Below, in pieces: positions 40,759-50,033 of a stretch of 64,000 nucleotides of DNA; the first letter of the stretch is position 1; each line of letters begins with the position of its first letter. The translations under genes and the position numbers were made by a program. Under the pieces are notes generated by a model. It was given only the letters and a program-made list of their open reading frames with translations, ran no database searches and was not told the DNA's origin. Source of the DNA: Vulcanimicrobiota bacterium (GTDB lineage: Bacteria > Vulcanimicrobiota > Vulcanimicrobiia > Vulcanimicrobiales > Vulcanimicrobiaceae); assembly GCA_963833095.1 (NCBI GenBank), contig CAWHWQ010000001.1, positions 640,001 through 704,000 of the forward strand, given 5' to 3'.

Positions 40759-41820
40759 ATGAACATTGCGGTTTATGGCGCCTCCGGGCACACGGCGCGC
40801 TTCGTCGTGGCAGAGCTGCTGCGCCACGGCCACACCCCGATCGCAATCGGGCGCGACCAGTCGAAGCTCGAGGCAGCCCTTGCCGTTCACGGCATGGAGG
40901 TGGAGATGCGGATCGCGAGTCTCGATTCGGCGGTCTCGCTCGATCGCGCCCTCGCGGGCGCCGATGCAGTCATTCACGCCGCCGGCCCCTTCCTCGACAC
41001 CGCGCCGCCACTGATCGAAGCCGCTCTGCGTTGCCGCGTGCATTATTTCGACGTTACTGCAGAACAGGGAAGCGCGCTTTCAACGTTCGAGTTGTTCGAT
41101 GCGCCGGCGCGCGAACGAGGCATTTTCGTCGTTCCCGCCGCCGGATTCTATGGCGGCCTCGGCGATCTCTTGGCAACGCACGCCATGCGCGGCTGGACGC
41201 TAGCGGATCGCATCGACATCGCAATTGCGCTGAGTAGCTGGTGGCCGACACGCGGCACTCGGCGTACCGGCGAGCGAAACACCGCGACGCGACTGTCGTT
41301 CTCTGATGGGAAGCTCACACCGATTCTTCCGTCGACGCCGGCGCCGTGGCTTTTTCCGGACCCATTGGGAGCGCAGGACATCGTGGAGCTGCCGCTCACC
41401 GAGACCATTCTGATGGCTCGTCACATACATGTTGGCGATATTCACAATTACATGACGGAGGCTCCGCTCCGCGATCTACACGATCCCACGACGCCGGGAC
41501 CGGTCGCGGCCGACGAGCGCGGGCGCTCGAACCAGCGCTTCGTTATCGAGGCTCGAGTTCGCAACGGCGACGAAGAGCGATGTGTGACGGCCGAAGGCGG
41601 CGACATCTACGCGATCACCGCGCCGATCGTCGTCGAAGCCGTTGAACGCGTTTGCGCAGCTCCGCGTCAGGATGCGGGCGCGTTCGCGCTAGGTCAGCTT
41701 GTCGACGCCTCTGATTTCCTTCAAACGCTAGCGCGCACCGGAGAAATTCAATCGCTGAAGTCTTCGACGAAGATCTCGGTGCCGTCGGGACGCACGGCGG
41801 CGCCGATACCGACTTTGTGA
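40759..41820 (+). CDS. Saccharopine dehydrogenase-like NAD(P)-binding oxidoreductase
   Basis: VYGASGHT, AAGPF, HYFDVTAE, GFYGGLGD. Confidence 0.85.
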   Translation: MNIAVYGASGHTARFVVAELLRHGHTPIAIGRDQSKLEAALAVHGMEVEMRIASLDSAVSLDRALAGADAVIHAAGPFLDTAPPLIEAALRCRVHYFDVTAEQGSALSTFELFDAPARERGIFVVPAAGFYGGLGDLLATHAMRGWTLADRIDIAIALSSWWPTRGTRRTGERNTATRLSFSDGKLTPILPSTPAPWLFPDPLGAQDIVELPLTETILMARHIHVGDIHNYMTEAPLRDLHDPTTPGPVAADERGRSNQRFVIEARVRNGDEERCVTAEGGDIYAITAPIVVEAVERVCAAPRQDAGAFALGQLVDASDFLQTLARTGEIQSLKSSTKISVPSGRTAAPIPTL

Positions 41821-42134
41821 AAGTGGACGTTAAGCGTGTTCTGACGGTGTTCGGGGCTGTTCCACAACTCGGTCACGGCGAACATGGGATCCGGCGCCTC
41901 GGCGATATTCTCACCCATGAAGTGGAACGAGCAACCCTGCGCGCGCATCGTTTGCCAAGGCGCCGTGCCGTCCGGCGTGATATGCGAGAAATAATTGCGA
42001 TCAAGCATGTCGTTTGCGCGCTCGGTTGCCATGGCCATCAGGCAACGATCGGGCGCGAGGGACGCGACGGCGACGTTCTGGCGTTCTTTGTTAACCTGCA
42101 TGAACACGGTCAACACGAGAGGCGGGAGGATCAC
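41748..42134 (-). CDS. CAP (SCP/YkwD-like) domain protein
   Basis: VNKERQ, NYFSH, GENIA, WNSPEHRQN, VGIG. Confidence 0.85.
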   Translation of the reverse strand: MILPPLVLTVFMQVNKERQNVAVASLAPDRCLMAMATERANDMLDRNYFSHITPDGTAPWQTMRAQGCSFHFMGENIAEAPDPMFAVTELWNSPEHRQNTLNVHFHKVGIGAAVRPDGTEIFVEDFSD

Positions 42135-42179
42135 GGCTCCATCGTAGCCGGGTTCCTCCCGCGCATCCTGAAGCGCCGG

Positions 42180-42875
42180 TTAAATCGGCTTGTTACGAAT
42201 CAAGAATTCGCGAACGGCAGTTTTTTCGGTGCCGTTTGCGGTCTTGACCTCAGCCCAAATGTAGATGCGTGTGTTGTCGGAGACGCTTGAATTGTTGAAG
42301 GTCGCATGCAGGTACGATCCGCCGGGAGCCGGACGGAGATAGATGCTCGCCAAGTCGCGGCCGCCACTCATGTTCGGCGACATGCTCCAACGCGCTACGC
42401 ACGAGCCCTCGAGCCCTTTGCCGTCGCACCCGAATCCGAGCTGGATCCCAGAGCCGGTATTGCGAGCTTCCTCGAACGTAACCGTGGGCGGACGCGTCTC
42501 GCTTCCGGCAGCCGTACGGAAGCTTGCGGTTCCGCTATACACTTCGCCGTCGTAGTTACGGATATACGCGCGATAGTAGTACGTGGTGCCGGGTTGTAGG
42601 CCGTTGAGATCTGCGTGCCATTGGGATCCGCCCTCCCGCGGCGTCACGGTGGTTTCAGCAACGCGCTTGGCTTCAGTCATATTGCCGTGGGTCGAGACTT
42701 CGAACCACACGCGCGCGTTCTGATCGTGATTGTTGTAGCTCATGCTTAGTCCGGCTGTCGTCGAACTAATATTCCAGTCCCAAACTCGATTGATAACCGG
42801 CGGAGACGCGGCAAGCGCCGTACCAAACGAAGATGCGGCAAGCAGGCCGCACAAGAAAAATGCAAGACGTTTCAT
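42180..42875 (-). CDS. Secreted fibronectin type III-like protein
   Basis: Signal peptide; LNGLQPGTTYYYRAY. Confidence 0.72.
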   Translation of the reverse strand: MKRLAFFLCGLLAASSFGTALAASPPVINRVWDWNISSTTAGLSMSYNNHDQNARVWFEVSTHGNMTEAKRVAETTVTPREGGSQWHADLNGLQPGTTYYYRAYIRNYDGEVYSGTASFRTAAGSETRPPTVTFEEARNTGSGIQLGFGCDGKGLEGSCVARWSMSPNMSGGRDLASIYLRPAPGGSYLHATFNNSSVSDNTRIYIWAEVKTANGTEKTAVREFLIRNKPI

Positions 42876-42948
42876 TGGGTCACTCTTTCAAAGTAGCGAG
42901 GGCTGCTATTCGCTCAATGAGCACGCAAGCATTTATAAGGAGCGACCA

Positions 42949-43818
42949 TTAGGGAGCGATCGCGTTTAGCTCGTTGAGCTCGTCTTTGGACAGAGTCAAT
43001 TGAGCCGCGGCAACGTTTTCGCGGAGATGCGCGATCGATGATGTCCCCGGGATGAGCAGCACGTTCGATGACCGCTGGAGGAGCCAGGCGATTGCTATGG
43101 CCTGCGAGGGCGAGCCGCGCCGCGCGGCGACCGAATCGAGTGCTTGGGACTGCAGCGGCGTGAAGCCGCCCAACGGGAAATAGGGCACGTAGGCGATACC
43201 CTGCGCAGCGAGCGCGTCGATTAACGCGTCGTCCTCGCGGTTCGCGACGTTGTAGAAGTTCTGCACGCAAACGACCGCAGCGATCGCTTGCGCTTCGGTA
43301 ATTTGCTCAGGTGTGACCGTACTGACGCCAAGATGGCGGATGAGCCCTTCGCGCTGCATCTCTGCTAGCGCGCCGAATGCTTCGGCGATCGATCCGGGCT
43401 CGGGGCGGTCCATTCCGCCGACGCGAAGATTTACGATGTCGAGGACGTCGAGTCCGAGGTTGCGCAAATTATCCTGAACCGCCGAGCGTAGCTCGGCCGG
43501 CGTAAGTGCAGGCGGCCATCCGCCGCGCTCATCGCGTCGCGCGCCAACCTTTGTAACGATATGTAGGTCGGCAGGATAGGGGTGAAGCGCCTCCTTGATG
43601 ATTTGATTCGTGACGTGCGGGCCGTAATAGTCGCTTGTGTCGATGTGCGTGATGCCAAGGCTGACGGCTTCGCGCAGCACGGCGATGGCGGCGGCGCGGT
43701 CTGCCGGAGGGCCGAACACGTGCGGCCCGGCGAGCTGCATCGCGCCGTAGCCCAGGCGCGAGACGGTGAGGTCTGCGGCCATCCTGAACGCGCCGCCCGG
43801 GACGAGTTTTTCTTTCAT
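42949..43818 (-). CDS. Aldo/keto reductase (YdbC-like)
   Basis: LGYGAMQL, IDTSDYYG, IPGTSSIAHLREN. Confidence 0.92.
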   Translation of the reverse strand: MKEKLVPGGAFRMAADLTVSRLGYGAMQLAGPHVFGPPADRAAAIAVLREAVSLGITHIDTSDYYGPHVTNQIIKEALHPYPADLHIVTKVGARRDERGGWPPALTPAELRSAVQDNLRNLGLDVLDIVNLRVGGMDRPEPGSIAEAFGALAEMQREGLIRHLGVSTVTPEQITEAQAIAAVVCVQNFYNVANREDDALIDALAAQGIAYVPYFPLGGFTPLQSQALDSVAARRGSPSQAIAIAWLLQRSSNVLLIPGTSSIAHLRENVAAAQLTLSKDELNELNAIAP

Positions 43819-43836
43819 GCAAAGCATTATCCCACA

Positions 43837-44604
43837 CTATCTCTTTATTGGCACGGAGATGTCGCACACGGAGAAATCCGCACCGCGCGCGTGTCGCGCT
43901 GCTGCGACGAGTTGATCGAACTCCGCCGAATGCGTGTCGAGCACCTCGATGGGCGGTCGCTGCGATGGAGGGAGATCGCTCAGTACGCGCACGCGGAGCA
44001 TGCGGTCGGGGTGTTTTGGCGGCATGCCAACCGCTGCTGCCCGAATCACCTCTAGACCGACGAGAATACGTCCAACGACCGTGTAGTCGTGATCGAAATT
44101 TCGCGTCGTTCCGCGCATGAAGAAAATTTCGGCATTTGCCGAATCCACGTCGCGCTCGCGCCCCATGCCCATGACGCCGTCACAGTACGCGCCCCACACC
44201 CGTGGTTTGCCGCTCGCGTATGACGCCCCGACGGGAATGACTCCGAGAAAGCCCTCCGGCGCGAGACCGCCGCGCACGAAGCGAATTTCGCTCGCCGGAA
44301 TGTTTGCAGAAAATTCGGCGCGCAAGTCAGGCAGCGCTGACCGGTCACCATCGTGATTGCGCGGGTCGCCGGTCTGCACGAAGTTGAATCCGGGCACGTC
44401 CACGACACGCCACATGAGGAGTCCGTCGTAGACGTGCATCCGAGCAAGGCGTTTCACCCGTTCGACCGCATGTGGCGCGAGGCGAGGCTCGAGTTCGACG
44501 ATGATGAGCCCCTTCGTCGTGGCGATCGCGAGCGCATTAGCCGGGTCGATTGGATGCCAGGCGCTCATAACGACACTAAGGATCAGCGAGGCAGCAAGAT
44601 GCAT
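43837..44604 (-). CDS. Secreted cyclophilin-type peptidyl-prolyl isomerase
   Basis: APHAVER, YDGL, VQTGDP, SANAEIFF, YTVVG. Confidence 0.8.
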   Translation of the reverse strand: MHLAASLILSVVMSAWHPIDPANALAIATTKGLIIVELEPRLAPHAVERVKRLARMHVYDGLLMWRVVDVPGFNFVQTGDPRNHDGDRSALPDLRAEFSANIPASEIRFVRGGLAPEGFLGVIPVGASYASGKPRVWGAYCDGVMGMGRERDVDSANAEIFFMRGTTRNFDHDYTVVGRILVGLEVIRAAAVGMPPKHPDRMLRVRVLSDLPPSQRPPIEVLDTHSAEFDQLVAAARHARGADFSVCDISVPIKR

Positions 44605-44699
44605 GACGCCCGATTTTCCAGCGACAGGCGCTCTCCCGCTTGGGCGGTTGAAACAACGGGTAGCCGTCCGGCGTAACTGCCTGTAGAATGCGAGCAGCA

Positions 44700-45587
44700 A
44701 TGAACGGTCGATCCCGCACCTCCTTGTTCGCGATCTTGGTCGCCGCCGAGGTCGCCATTCTCGGTTTCGCAGTATACAGTATTCGTGGAGCGGTCTCCGG
44801 CGATGCCTTCGCCGGCGGCGGCACGAGCGCGGCCTTCGTCGCGAAGACCTTCGCTCCGATCGCTGCGGGAAATGCGCCGCGCATCACGATCGACGATCCG
44901 AATTCGGGTGTGACGATCGGCGTCTCGGACGACGGCCTGGTGCACGTCAAAGACGACACCTACTTCTCGGGCGCGACGCTACGTAGCCCCCACGCTTATC
45001 CGCAGCTTGTCGTTACACGGGATTTCAACGGCGTGCACATTTCGCGCCCCGAGTATCACGAAGGCTGGAGCATGTTCATCGGTTTCTCGAACTCACGCCA
45101 GCATTTCGAAGTGCAGGTGCCGGCCGGCGCCGACGTTGTCGTCGATGAGTGCGACAATGCCGAAGTCTCGGATCTGAAGAACGGTGTAACGGTCAAAGCG
45201 CTCGACGGGCGCGTTGAGTTGGCGCGCATTGAAGGCCCGATCATCGCGCACACCGATGACGGCCACATCGCAGCAGATGACGTAACATCGCCGTCACTCG
45301 ATCTGAGCAGCAACGACGGCTGGATCGAGCTACGCAATTTCACGGCCTTGGCGGGCGGCAAGTACGACGTTGCGACCCACGATGGGCACATCAAAGTCGG
45401 GTTTGCGCGTGGTTCTAACACTACGGTCGACGCGTCGACCAACGACGGCAGCCTACGCGTCGACGGCATTCGCCAACATGGCGACGATAGCGCGCAACAA
45501 ACCATTCGCGTCGGCAGCGGCGCGTCGGCAATGCGAGTCCATTCCGATGACGGCTCGATTACGATAACCACGAACGGGGCCAACTAA
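44700..45587 (+). CDS. DUF4097-like beta-strand repeat protein
   Basis: N-terminal TM; repeated T-x-DG-x-I units. Confidence 0.75.
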   Translation: MNGRSRTSLFAILVAAEVAILGFAVYSIRGAVSGDAFAGGGTSAAFVAKTFAPIAAGNAPRITIDDPNSGVTIGVSDDGLVHVKDDTYFSGATLRSPHAYPQLVVTRDFNGVHISRPEYHEGWSMFIGFSNSRQHFEVQVPAGADVVVDECDNAEVSDLKNGVTVKALDGRVELARIEGPIIAHTDDGHIAADDVTSPSLDLSSNDGWIELRNFTALAGGKYDVATHDGHIKVGFARGSNTTVDASTNDGSLRVDGIRQHGDDSAQQTIRVGSGASAMRVHSDDGSITITTNGAN

Positions 45588-45670
45588 ATCAAAAAAAGCT
45601 CTAGCCCCTTCTCATCGTTATCTCACGAACCCGTCAACGCGGCGTCAACCACCAGTCCTACGCTTGCGTC

Positions 45671-46144
45671 ATGAACACTTCAGCATTTCGCTCCTCCCTC
45701 GCCGGATTCGCACTGTTCGGCATATTGACGACCTCGCTCGCGGCGCCGGCTCTGGCCGACGGTGCGGCCTCGACGCGCAACATTATCGGTGCGGCAGCCG
45801 CAGTCATCGGGATCGCCACCGCGGTGAATGTGTCGAACAAAAATCGGGTGGCGAACACGGTTGAAGGCTATCTGCCCGACGGAAGCGTGGTCTTCGAAGA
45901 CGGCCACGTCGTCGATCGGAATGGTGACTCGTGGTACCCGGGCAATCAAGGCGAACAAGTCGCTTGCAACGGTCAATCGTGCGTCATCACGTCGAACAAC
46001 GCCGGGTACGTCACTCCATACAACAGCCCGCAATACGGCGTCCAATTCTATGGTAACAGCCGCAACGTGCAGTACGACCGGAACAACCGGAACGACCGGA
46101 ACAACCAAAACTACAGAGACACGCGGCGTCCACCTAACGCGTGA
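45671..46144 (+). CDS. Secreted hypothetical protein
   Basis: Signal peptide (PALA-DG), Asn/Arg-rich repetitive tail. Confidence 0.65.
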   Translation: MNTSAFRSSLAGFALFGILTTSLAAPALADGAASTRNIIGAAAAVIGIATAVNVSNKNRVANTVEGYLPDGSVVFEDGHVVDRNGDSWYPGNQGEQVACNGQSCVITSNNAGYVTPYNSPQYGVQFYGNSRNVQYDRNNRNDRNNQNYRDTRRPPNA

Positions 46145-46220
46145 TAACAAAAGAGCCCGACGAGACTTTCGCCGGGCTCTTCGTTATCTCGGCCCTTCGA
46201 CTTCGGCGCTCTTCGCCTTC
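46143..46220 (+). repeat. Composite repeat copy A (partial: hairpin plus variant core)
   Basis: GATAACAAAAGAGCCCGACGA..TTTCGCCGGGCTCTTCGTTATC then CCCTTCGACTTCG; hairpin matches copies B and C. Confidence 0.75.
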
Positions 46221-47017
46221 TGCCAAAGTCCCGGAGCGCCGAGTTGCTCGCAAACGCCGGCAAATGCAGCGGTGGGCCCTCGCCATTCCAGCTCATCGAC
46301 GTTTTCGAAAAGCTTCGCGTCGGTTCGAAGCGTCGCGAGTTTCTTGAATAAGAGGGCGCGATCGCGATTCTCACCTAGCACGTTTTGCGGGAAGAGTTCG
46401 ATCTTGCCGTAACGCGCCAGCAGCGCTGTCGCGCCCTTCGCACCAATGCCCTTGATCCCGGGATAGCCGTCCGACGCGTCACCGACGAGGGCAAGATAGT
46501 CGGCGATCAGCTCGGGGTCAACGCCAAACTTCTCGCGCACGCCGCTCGCGTCTCGAATGACGTTGGTTCTTCTGTCCACTTGTACAACGCGATCCCCGCG
46601 CACGCATTGAGAGAGATCTTTGTCAGGTGTCCAGATGCAAATCTTTTCGACACGACCATCCTTCGATGCGATTTCGGCAGCCGAAGCAAGCGCATCGTCC
46701 GCTTCGAGTTCAACCATGGGCCATACCGCTACGCCCATTGCGCGCAGCGAATCCTCAAGCGGCGTGAACTGCGCCAGGAGCGCGCGATCCACGCCGTCTC
46801 CGGTCTTATAATCGCTCCAGAGGTCGTTCCGAAATGATTCGATGACATGGTCGGTAGCGACGCCAACGTGCGTCGCTCCATCCGCGATCATGTGCAGCAC
46901 GGTGTTGAGCACTCCGACAACGGCGCCGAACCGGCGCCCCTCACTGCCGCCGCGACGCTGCAGTCCGTAAAAGTGCCGAAAGAGCTCGTAGGTTCCGTCG
47001 ATGAGATGAATGACCAC
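46184..47017 (-). CDS. Stand-alone 5'-3' exonuclease (flap endonuclease, PolA N-terminal-like)
   Basis: LIDG, EADDALAS, DKDL, LVGDASDGYPGIKGIGAKGA (H3TH). Confidence 0.88.
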   Translation of the reverse strand: MVIHLIDGTYELFRHFYGLQRRGGSEGRRFGAVVGVLNTVLHMIADGATHVGVATDHVIESFRNDLWSDYKTGDGVDRALLAQFTPLEDSLRAMGVAVWPMVELEADDALASAAEIASKDGRVEKICIWTPDKDLSQCVRGDRVVQVDRRTNVIRDASGVREKFGVDPELIADYLALVGDASDGYPGIKGIGAKGATALLARYGKIELFPQNVLGENRDRALLFKKLATLRTDAKLFENVDELEWRGPTAAFAGVCEQLGAPGLWQKAKSAEVEGPR

Positions 47018-47025
47018 GCTACCAG

Positions 47026-47385
47026 CTAGCACACCTCAAAATTCCACACCGACGCCTTGTGACTCTTTAGGAGAAAGAGGGACGCAGGCGAGCGGAGCGC
47101 GATCGATGCGTCGTTCGATGCTGTTTGCCACGACCGACCCAAAAATTCGTCGAGATACCAGATCGCGAACGGGCTTACAGCGACGTCGCCCGTCTCCTCC
47201 CGCCTAAGATCAGCGAGATGTGCAAAGCCGGCCCCATTGATTTTCTCAACAAGAGATGGGAGATTTTCGCTCTTTTTTTCCCAAGATGCTGAGTCGCACG
47301 CGTTCGACAGGGCAGGTGCAGACGATACGGCGATGAGAAGTGCGGCGACAAGCAGGCTACGCGTAACATTCATTCGATTGCCCAT
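47026..47385 (-). CDS. Secreted hypothetical protein, possibly truncated
   Basis: Signal peptide LLVAALLIAVSSAPALS; no family recognised. Confidence 0.5.
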   Translation of the reverse strand: MGNRMNVTRSLLVAALLIAVSSAPALSNACDSASWEKKSENLPSLVEKINGAGFAHLADLRREETGDVAVSPFAIWYLDEFLGRSWQTASNDASIALRSPASLFLLKSHKASVWNFEVC

Positions 47386-47431
47386 TTAAACCGGAACGTC
47401 TACGATCTGCTGGTTGTTACATAGCCTAGCA

Positions 47432-47585
47432 AAAGAGCCCGACGATATTTCGTCGGGCTCTTTGTTTGGTGCGCTTCCCTCGTCCCTCGACTACGCTTCG
47501 CTACGCTCGGGATGACAACCTAGAACGTCAGAACGTTAGAATGTTAGAACGGTCAGAACGGCGCTGTGATGTGAATATGTTAAGA
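47432..47585 (+). repeat. Composite repeat copy B
   Basis: Hairpin AAAGAGCCCGACGA..TCGTCGGGCTCTTT; 39-bp core 47480-47518; (C)GT(T/C)AGAA tandem units 47521-47560; end motif 47564-47585. Confidence 0.92.
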
Positions 47586-49280
47586 TGCCGATGGCTGGAT
47601 CGCCGATCCAAGCAGAGCGCGTAACCGGGAATTCTCCACGCGAACGTACGCTAGGCCGGCCGATTCCGCAAGAGTCTGCAATAGGTTTGCCTCGTCCGGG
47701 TCGAGCCTCGTACCATCACGGTGCACCCCATACAGTATAAAACCAGCTAGTTCGTCGCCGTTGAATACCGGAACGGCTACCGTGGGATTGCCACAATTGG
47801 CGAACGTCGCCGCGACACGATCGTTTAAGTCATCAATATGTATACACGATCGCTCGGTGATGAGGAATCGAATGATATCGGCGTCCCGATCCATCGTGAC
47901 CGTTGGCCCAGCGAAGCCGGCAGACATCGCTAAGGTAAACTCGTTCCCATTTCTCCGAAAGAGGGCCGCCATCGTAAGGTCGAGCTCAGTGTACGGGTCC
48001 TCTACCAGTGCCCGATCGACCGTCTCTTCTTGCTCCGCACGGGGCAGCGTGCGGGCGAGGCGCCTCAAGTAGGTCTCGGCGGCATGTTTTTTTCGGTAAA
48101 TGATGGAGTCTACCCAACCCTCTAGGATAGGGGCAACGCGGTGTATCAAAACGCCTATCGAGATTGCGATGATTGCGTCAAGCGCAAGCGCGACACGCAT
48201 TTGGGCTACGAACCGCGTCGCCGCCCAATCGGCGGCTGCGATCGTCCCAAAGATCGCGGTCATCATCACGCCGTACACGACAGCCTTACTGAGCACGAAG
48301 CGAATATCGATGACGTGACGCCGCACGATCGCGTACATCAATGTCAGGGGCATCAGCATTGTGAGCGTTCCGAATAAGCCCGGCCAAAACGCTTCGCTCC
48401 CTTGCCGGAGATCGTTCGTAACGATGCCGATCGTAATAGCCGCAGCAACCCACCAAAAGCGGGCGCGCGCCGAAGACTCCATCGTCAGCAAACGGACCAC
48501 AATCACAATGACAACTGCGATCGTCATCACTTTAGAAAGAGCAACTTGGGAGGCATCCAAGGGAGAAAAATATCCGAGAACGAGTCCGCGGTAGAGGGAA
48601 TGCGCCACGACGAACGCGGTCGTGCCGATTGCCGCTATCCAAAACACCCATCCGCGCCAATCGCGCCGAACGCTTTCCTCCGGCACGAGGAGTGCGAAGA
48701 GAAAGAGAAAGACTGCGCCTAACGCGGCCGATGGACTGGCCACCGCCATGAAGGCGGCGTATGCAACCGGCGGCCAAACGGTGAGAGCCTGATATGCTGC
48801 ACCCACCGGAGCTTCCGCAAGACAGTAACCGAACAGCAGCCACGTCATGACGCTCGGGCGCAAGATCACTAACGTGCAACCGACGAACAAGAACACCGCA
48901 TAGGAGAACACCCGGAGAGCCTGCATCGTGGTACTTCCATAGAACGACGCGGACAGCGGTCCAGGCGCAGCCGCAAACGCAAGCTTCCGCCGCGGGACGG
49001 CGTTGGTAACGCAGAAGTGAAGAAGGTCGGGTTCGTAGGCTGCCTCTCGTAAAAACGGCAAACGTAGGATCGCGTAATCCCGCGTATCGATGGACCCGAT
49101 GAGGTCGCCGGTTCGCAGGCCTCCGCGCTCGGCAGGTGAGCCTGCGTCAACCGCCACAACTCGTGTTCCGTCTACGCGCGCACCGGTGTACGCCGTCGTA
49201 AATCGCGCAAACATCGTTGGCGCGACGAGTGCCAAAGAGAGGACCGACAACGCGACAACAACGACGGCACGCCAGCTCAC
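47580..49280 (-). CDS. Membrane sensor-like protein: PDZ-like, multi-TM and C-terminal GAF-like domains
   Basis: GSPAERGGLRTGD (PDZ), TM bundle, VIDIRFVLSKAVVYG, AVPVF...GFILYG (GAF); no output domain. Confidence 0.72.
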   Translation of the reverse strand: MSWRAVVVVALSVLSLALVAPTMFARFTTAYTGARVDGTRVVAVDAGSPAERGGLRTGDLIGSIDTRDYAILRLPFLREAAYEPDLLHFCVTNAVPRRKLAFAAAPGPLSASFYGSTTMQALRVFSYAVFLFVGCTLVILRPSVMTWLLFGYCLAEAPVGAAYQALTVWPPVAYAAFMAVASPSAALGAVFLFLFALLVPEESVRRDWRGWVFWIAAIGTTAFVVAHSLYRGLVLGYFSPLDASQVALSKVMTIAVVIVIVVRLLTMESSARARFWWVAAAITIGIVTNDLRQGSEAFWPGLFGTLTMLMPLTLMYAIVRRHVIDIRFVLSKAVVYGVMMTAIFGTIAAADWAATRFVAQMRVALALDAIIAISIGVLIHRVAPILEGWVDSIIYRKKHAAETYLRRLARTLPRAEQEETVDRALVEDPYTELDLTMAALFRRNGNEFTLAMSAGFAGPTVTMDRDADIIRFLITERSCIHIDDLNDRVAATFANCGNPTVAVPVFNGDELAGFILYGVHRDGTRLDPDEANLLQTLAESAGLAYVRVENSRLRALLGSAIQPSAS

Positions 49281-49350
49281 CGATCGATGTATTTAACTTT
49301 CACGAGAGCTTGCCTGCACTGCGCGTGACGCAGAAGGAGGTCGAGAAGTT

Positions 49351-49501
49351 AAAGAGCCCGACGAATTTCGCCGGGCTCTTTGTTATCGCGGTGGTTCGTC
49401 CCTCGACTACGCTTCGCTACGCTCGGGATGACAAATCAGAACGTTAGAACGTCAAAACGGTCAGAACGCTAAAAAGGTTCTGTGACGTGATTTTGTTAAG
49501 A
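49351..49501 (+). repeat. Composite repeat copy C
   Basis: Same order as copy B; core 49396-49434 identical to 47480-47518; end motif 19/22 identical. Confidence 0.92.
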
Positions 49502-49559
49502 CGATCGCCACCGCCGACCGCCATTTTCGAGCAGCGCAAAACCACGGGGATACGTCAGG

Positions 49560-49913
49560 TTATTGCTCTACGAAAACGCCGATACGCAGAGACGAGCCGT
49601 CGTTCCCTTTGAAATACATGTCGCAATAGGCCGGGTATTGCCCGTGAACAGTAAATTTCCAGATCGGTTGGCCTCTGGGATCTCGTGACCAACCCAGATT
49701 CTTGGCCCAGGCGATTTGATGGCTCGAACACCGGCCTTTTTGCGTGTCCCACTCGATCTGGTTGGTTTTGCCGCTGAACGAGAGAACGACCTCAGCCGAC
49801 GTGTGCACCTTGAGCGTCAAGTGCGACGTATAGGAGTATATCTCTGCCGGCGCGCGCATTGGCAGCAGTACCGCCGCAAACGCAAGAAAGGCGAGCAATT
49901 TTCTCATAGGCAT
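49560..49913 (-). CDS. Secreted hypothetical protein with two Cys
   Basis: Signal peptide MRKLLAFLAFAAVLLPMRAPA; beta-rich. Confidence 0.6.
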   Translation of the reverse strand: MPMRKLLAFLAFAAVLLPMRAPAEIYSYTSHLTLKVHTSAEVVLSFSGKTNQIEWDTQKGRCSSHQIAWAKNLGWSRDPRGQPIWKFTVHGQYPAYCDMYFKGNDGSSLRIGVFVEQ

Positions 49914-49967
49914 CCTCACGGACGCTCATTTCGGTGTCGGTGCGTCTCGTCCCGTGTCGTCGAACAC

Positions 49968-50033
49968 GGCGGCAGTGCGATCAAACCGGGCGAGATCAGC
50001 CTCGCGCATCGCGCCGTATTGTCTTTCAACGAG
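49968..50033 (+). pseudogene. comM: Isolated fragment of comM/yifB (Mg-chelatase-like AAA ATPase) ending at the Walker-B region
   Basis: Translates GGSAIKPGEISLAHRAVLSFNE versus the family motif GG..xPGE(I/V)SLAHxGVLFLDE. Confidence 0.72.

Noticed and set aside
46077..46110. 9-bp tandem repeats (also the Asn/Gly repeats at 28280-28345)
   Set aside because: In-frame low-complexity coding linkers.
46143..49501. Repeats A-C as a CRISPR array
   Set aside because: Only 2-3 copies, spaced 1.3-1.9 kb apart by whole genes; no cas genes in the window.
47432..49501. Repeats as canonical integron attC or Xer dif sites
   Set aside because: TCTTAAC and GTTAAAT resemble attC cores and ATGTTAA resembles a XerD arm, but there is no end-to-end attC palindrome, no XerC arm at the right spacing and no intI.
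49495..49545. TIATADRHF reading resembling a PIN/VapC C-terminal remnant
   Set aside because: Too short, with no upstream ORF.
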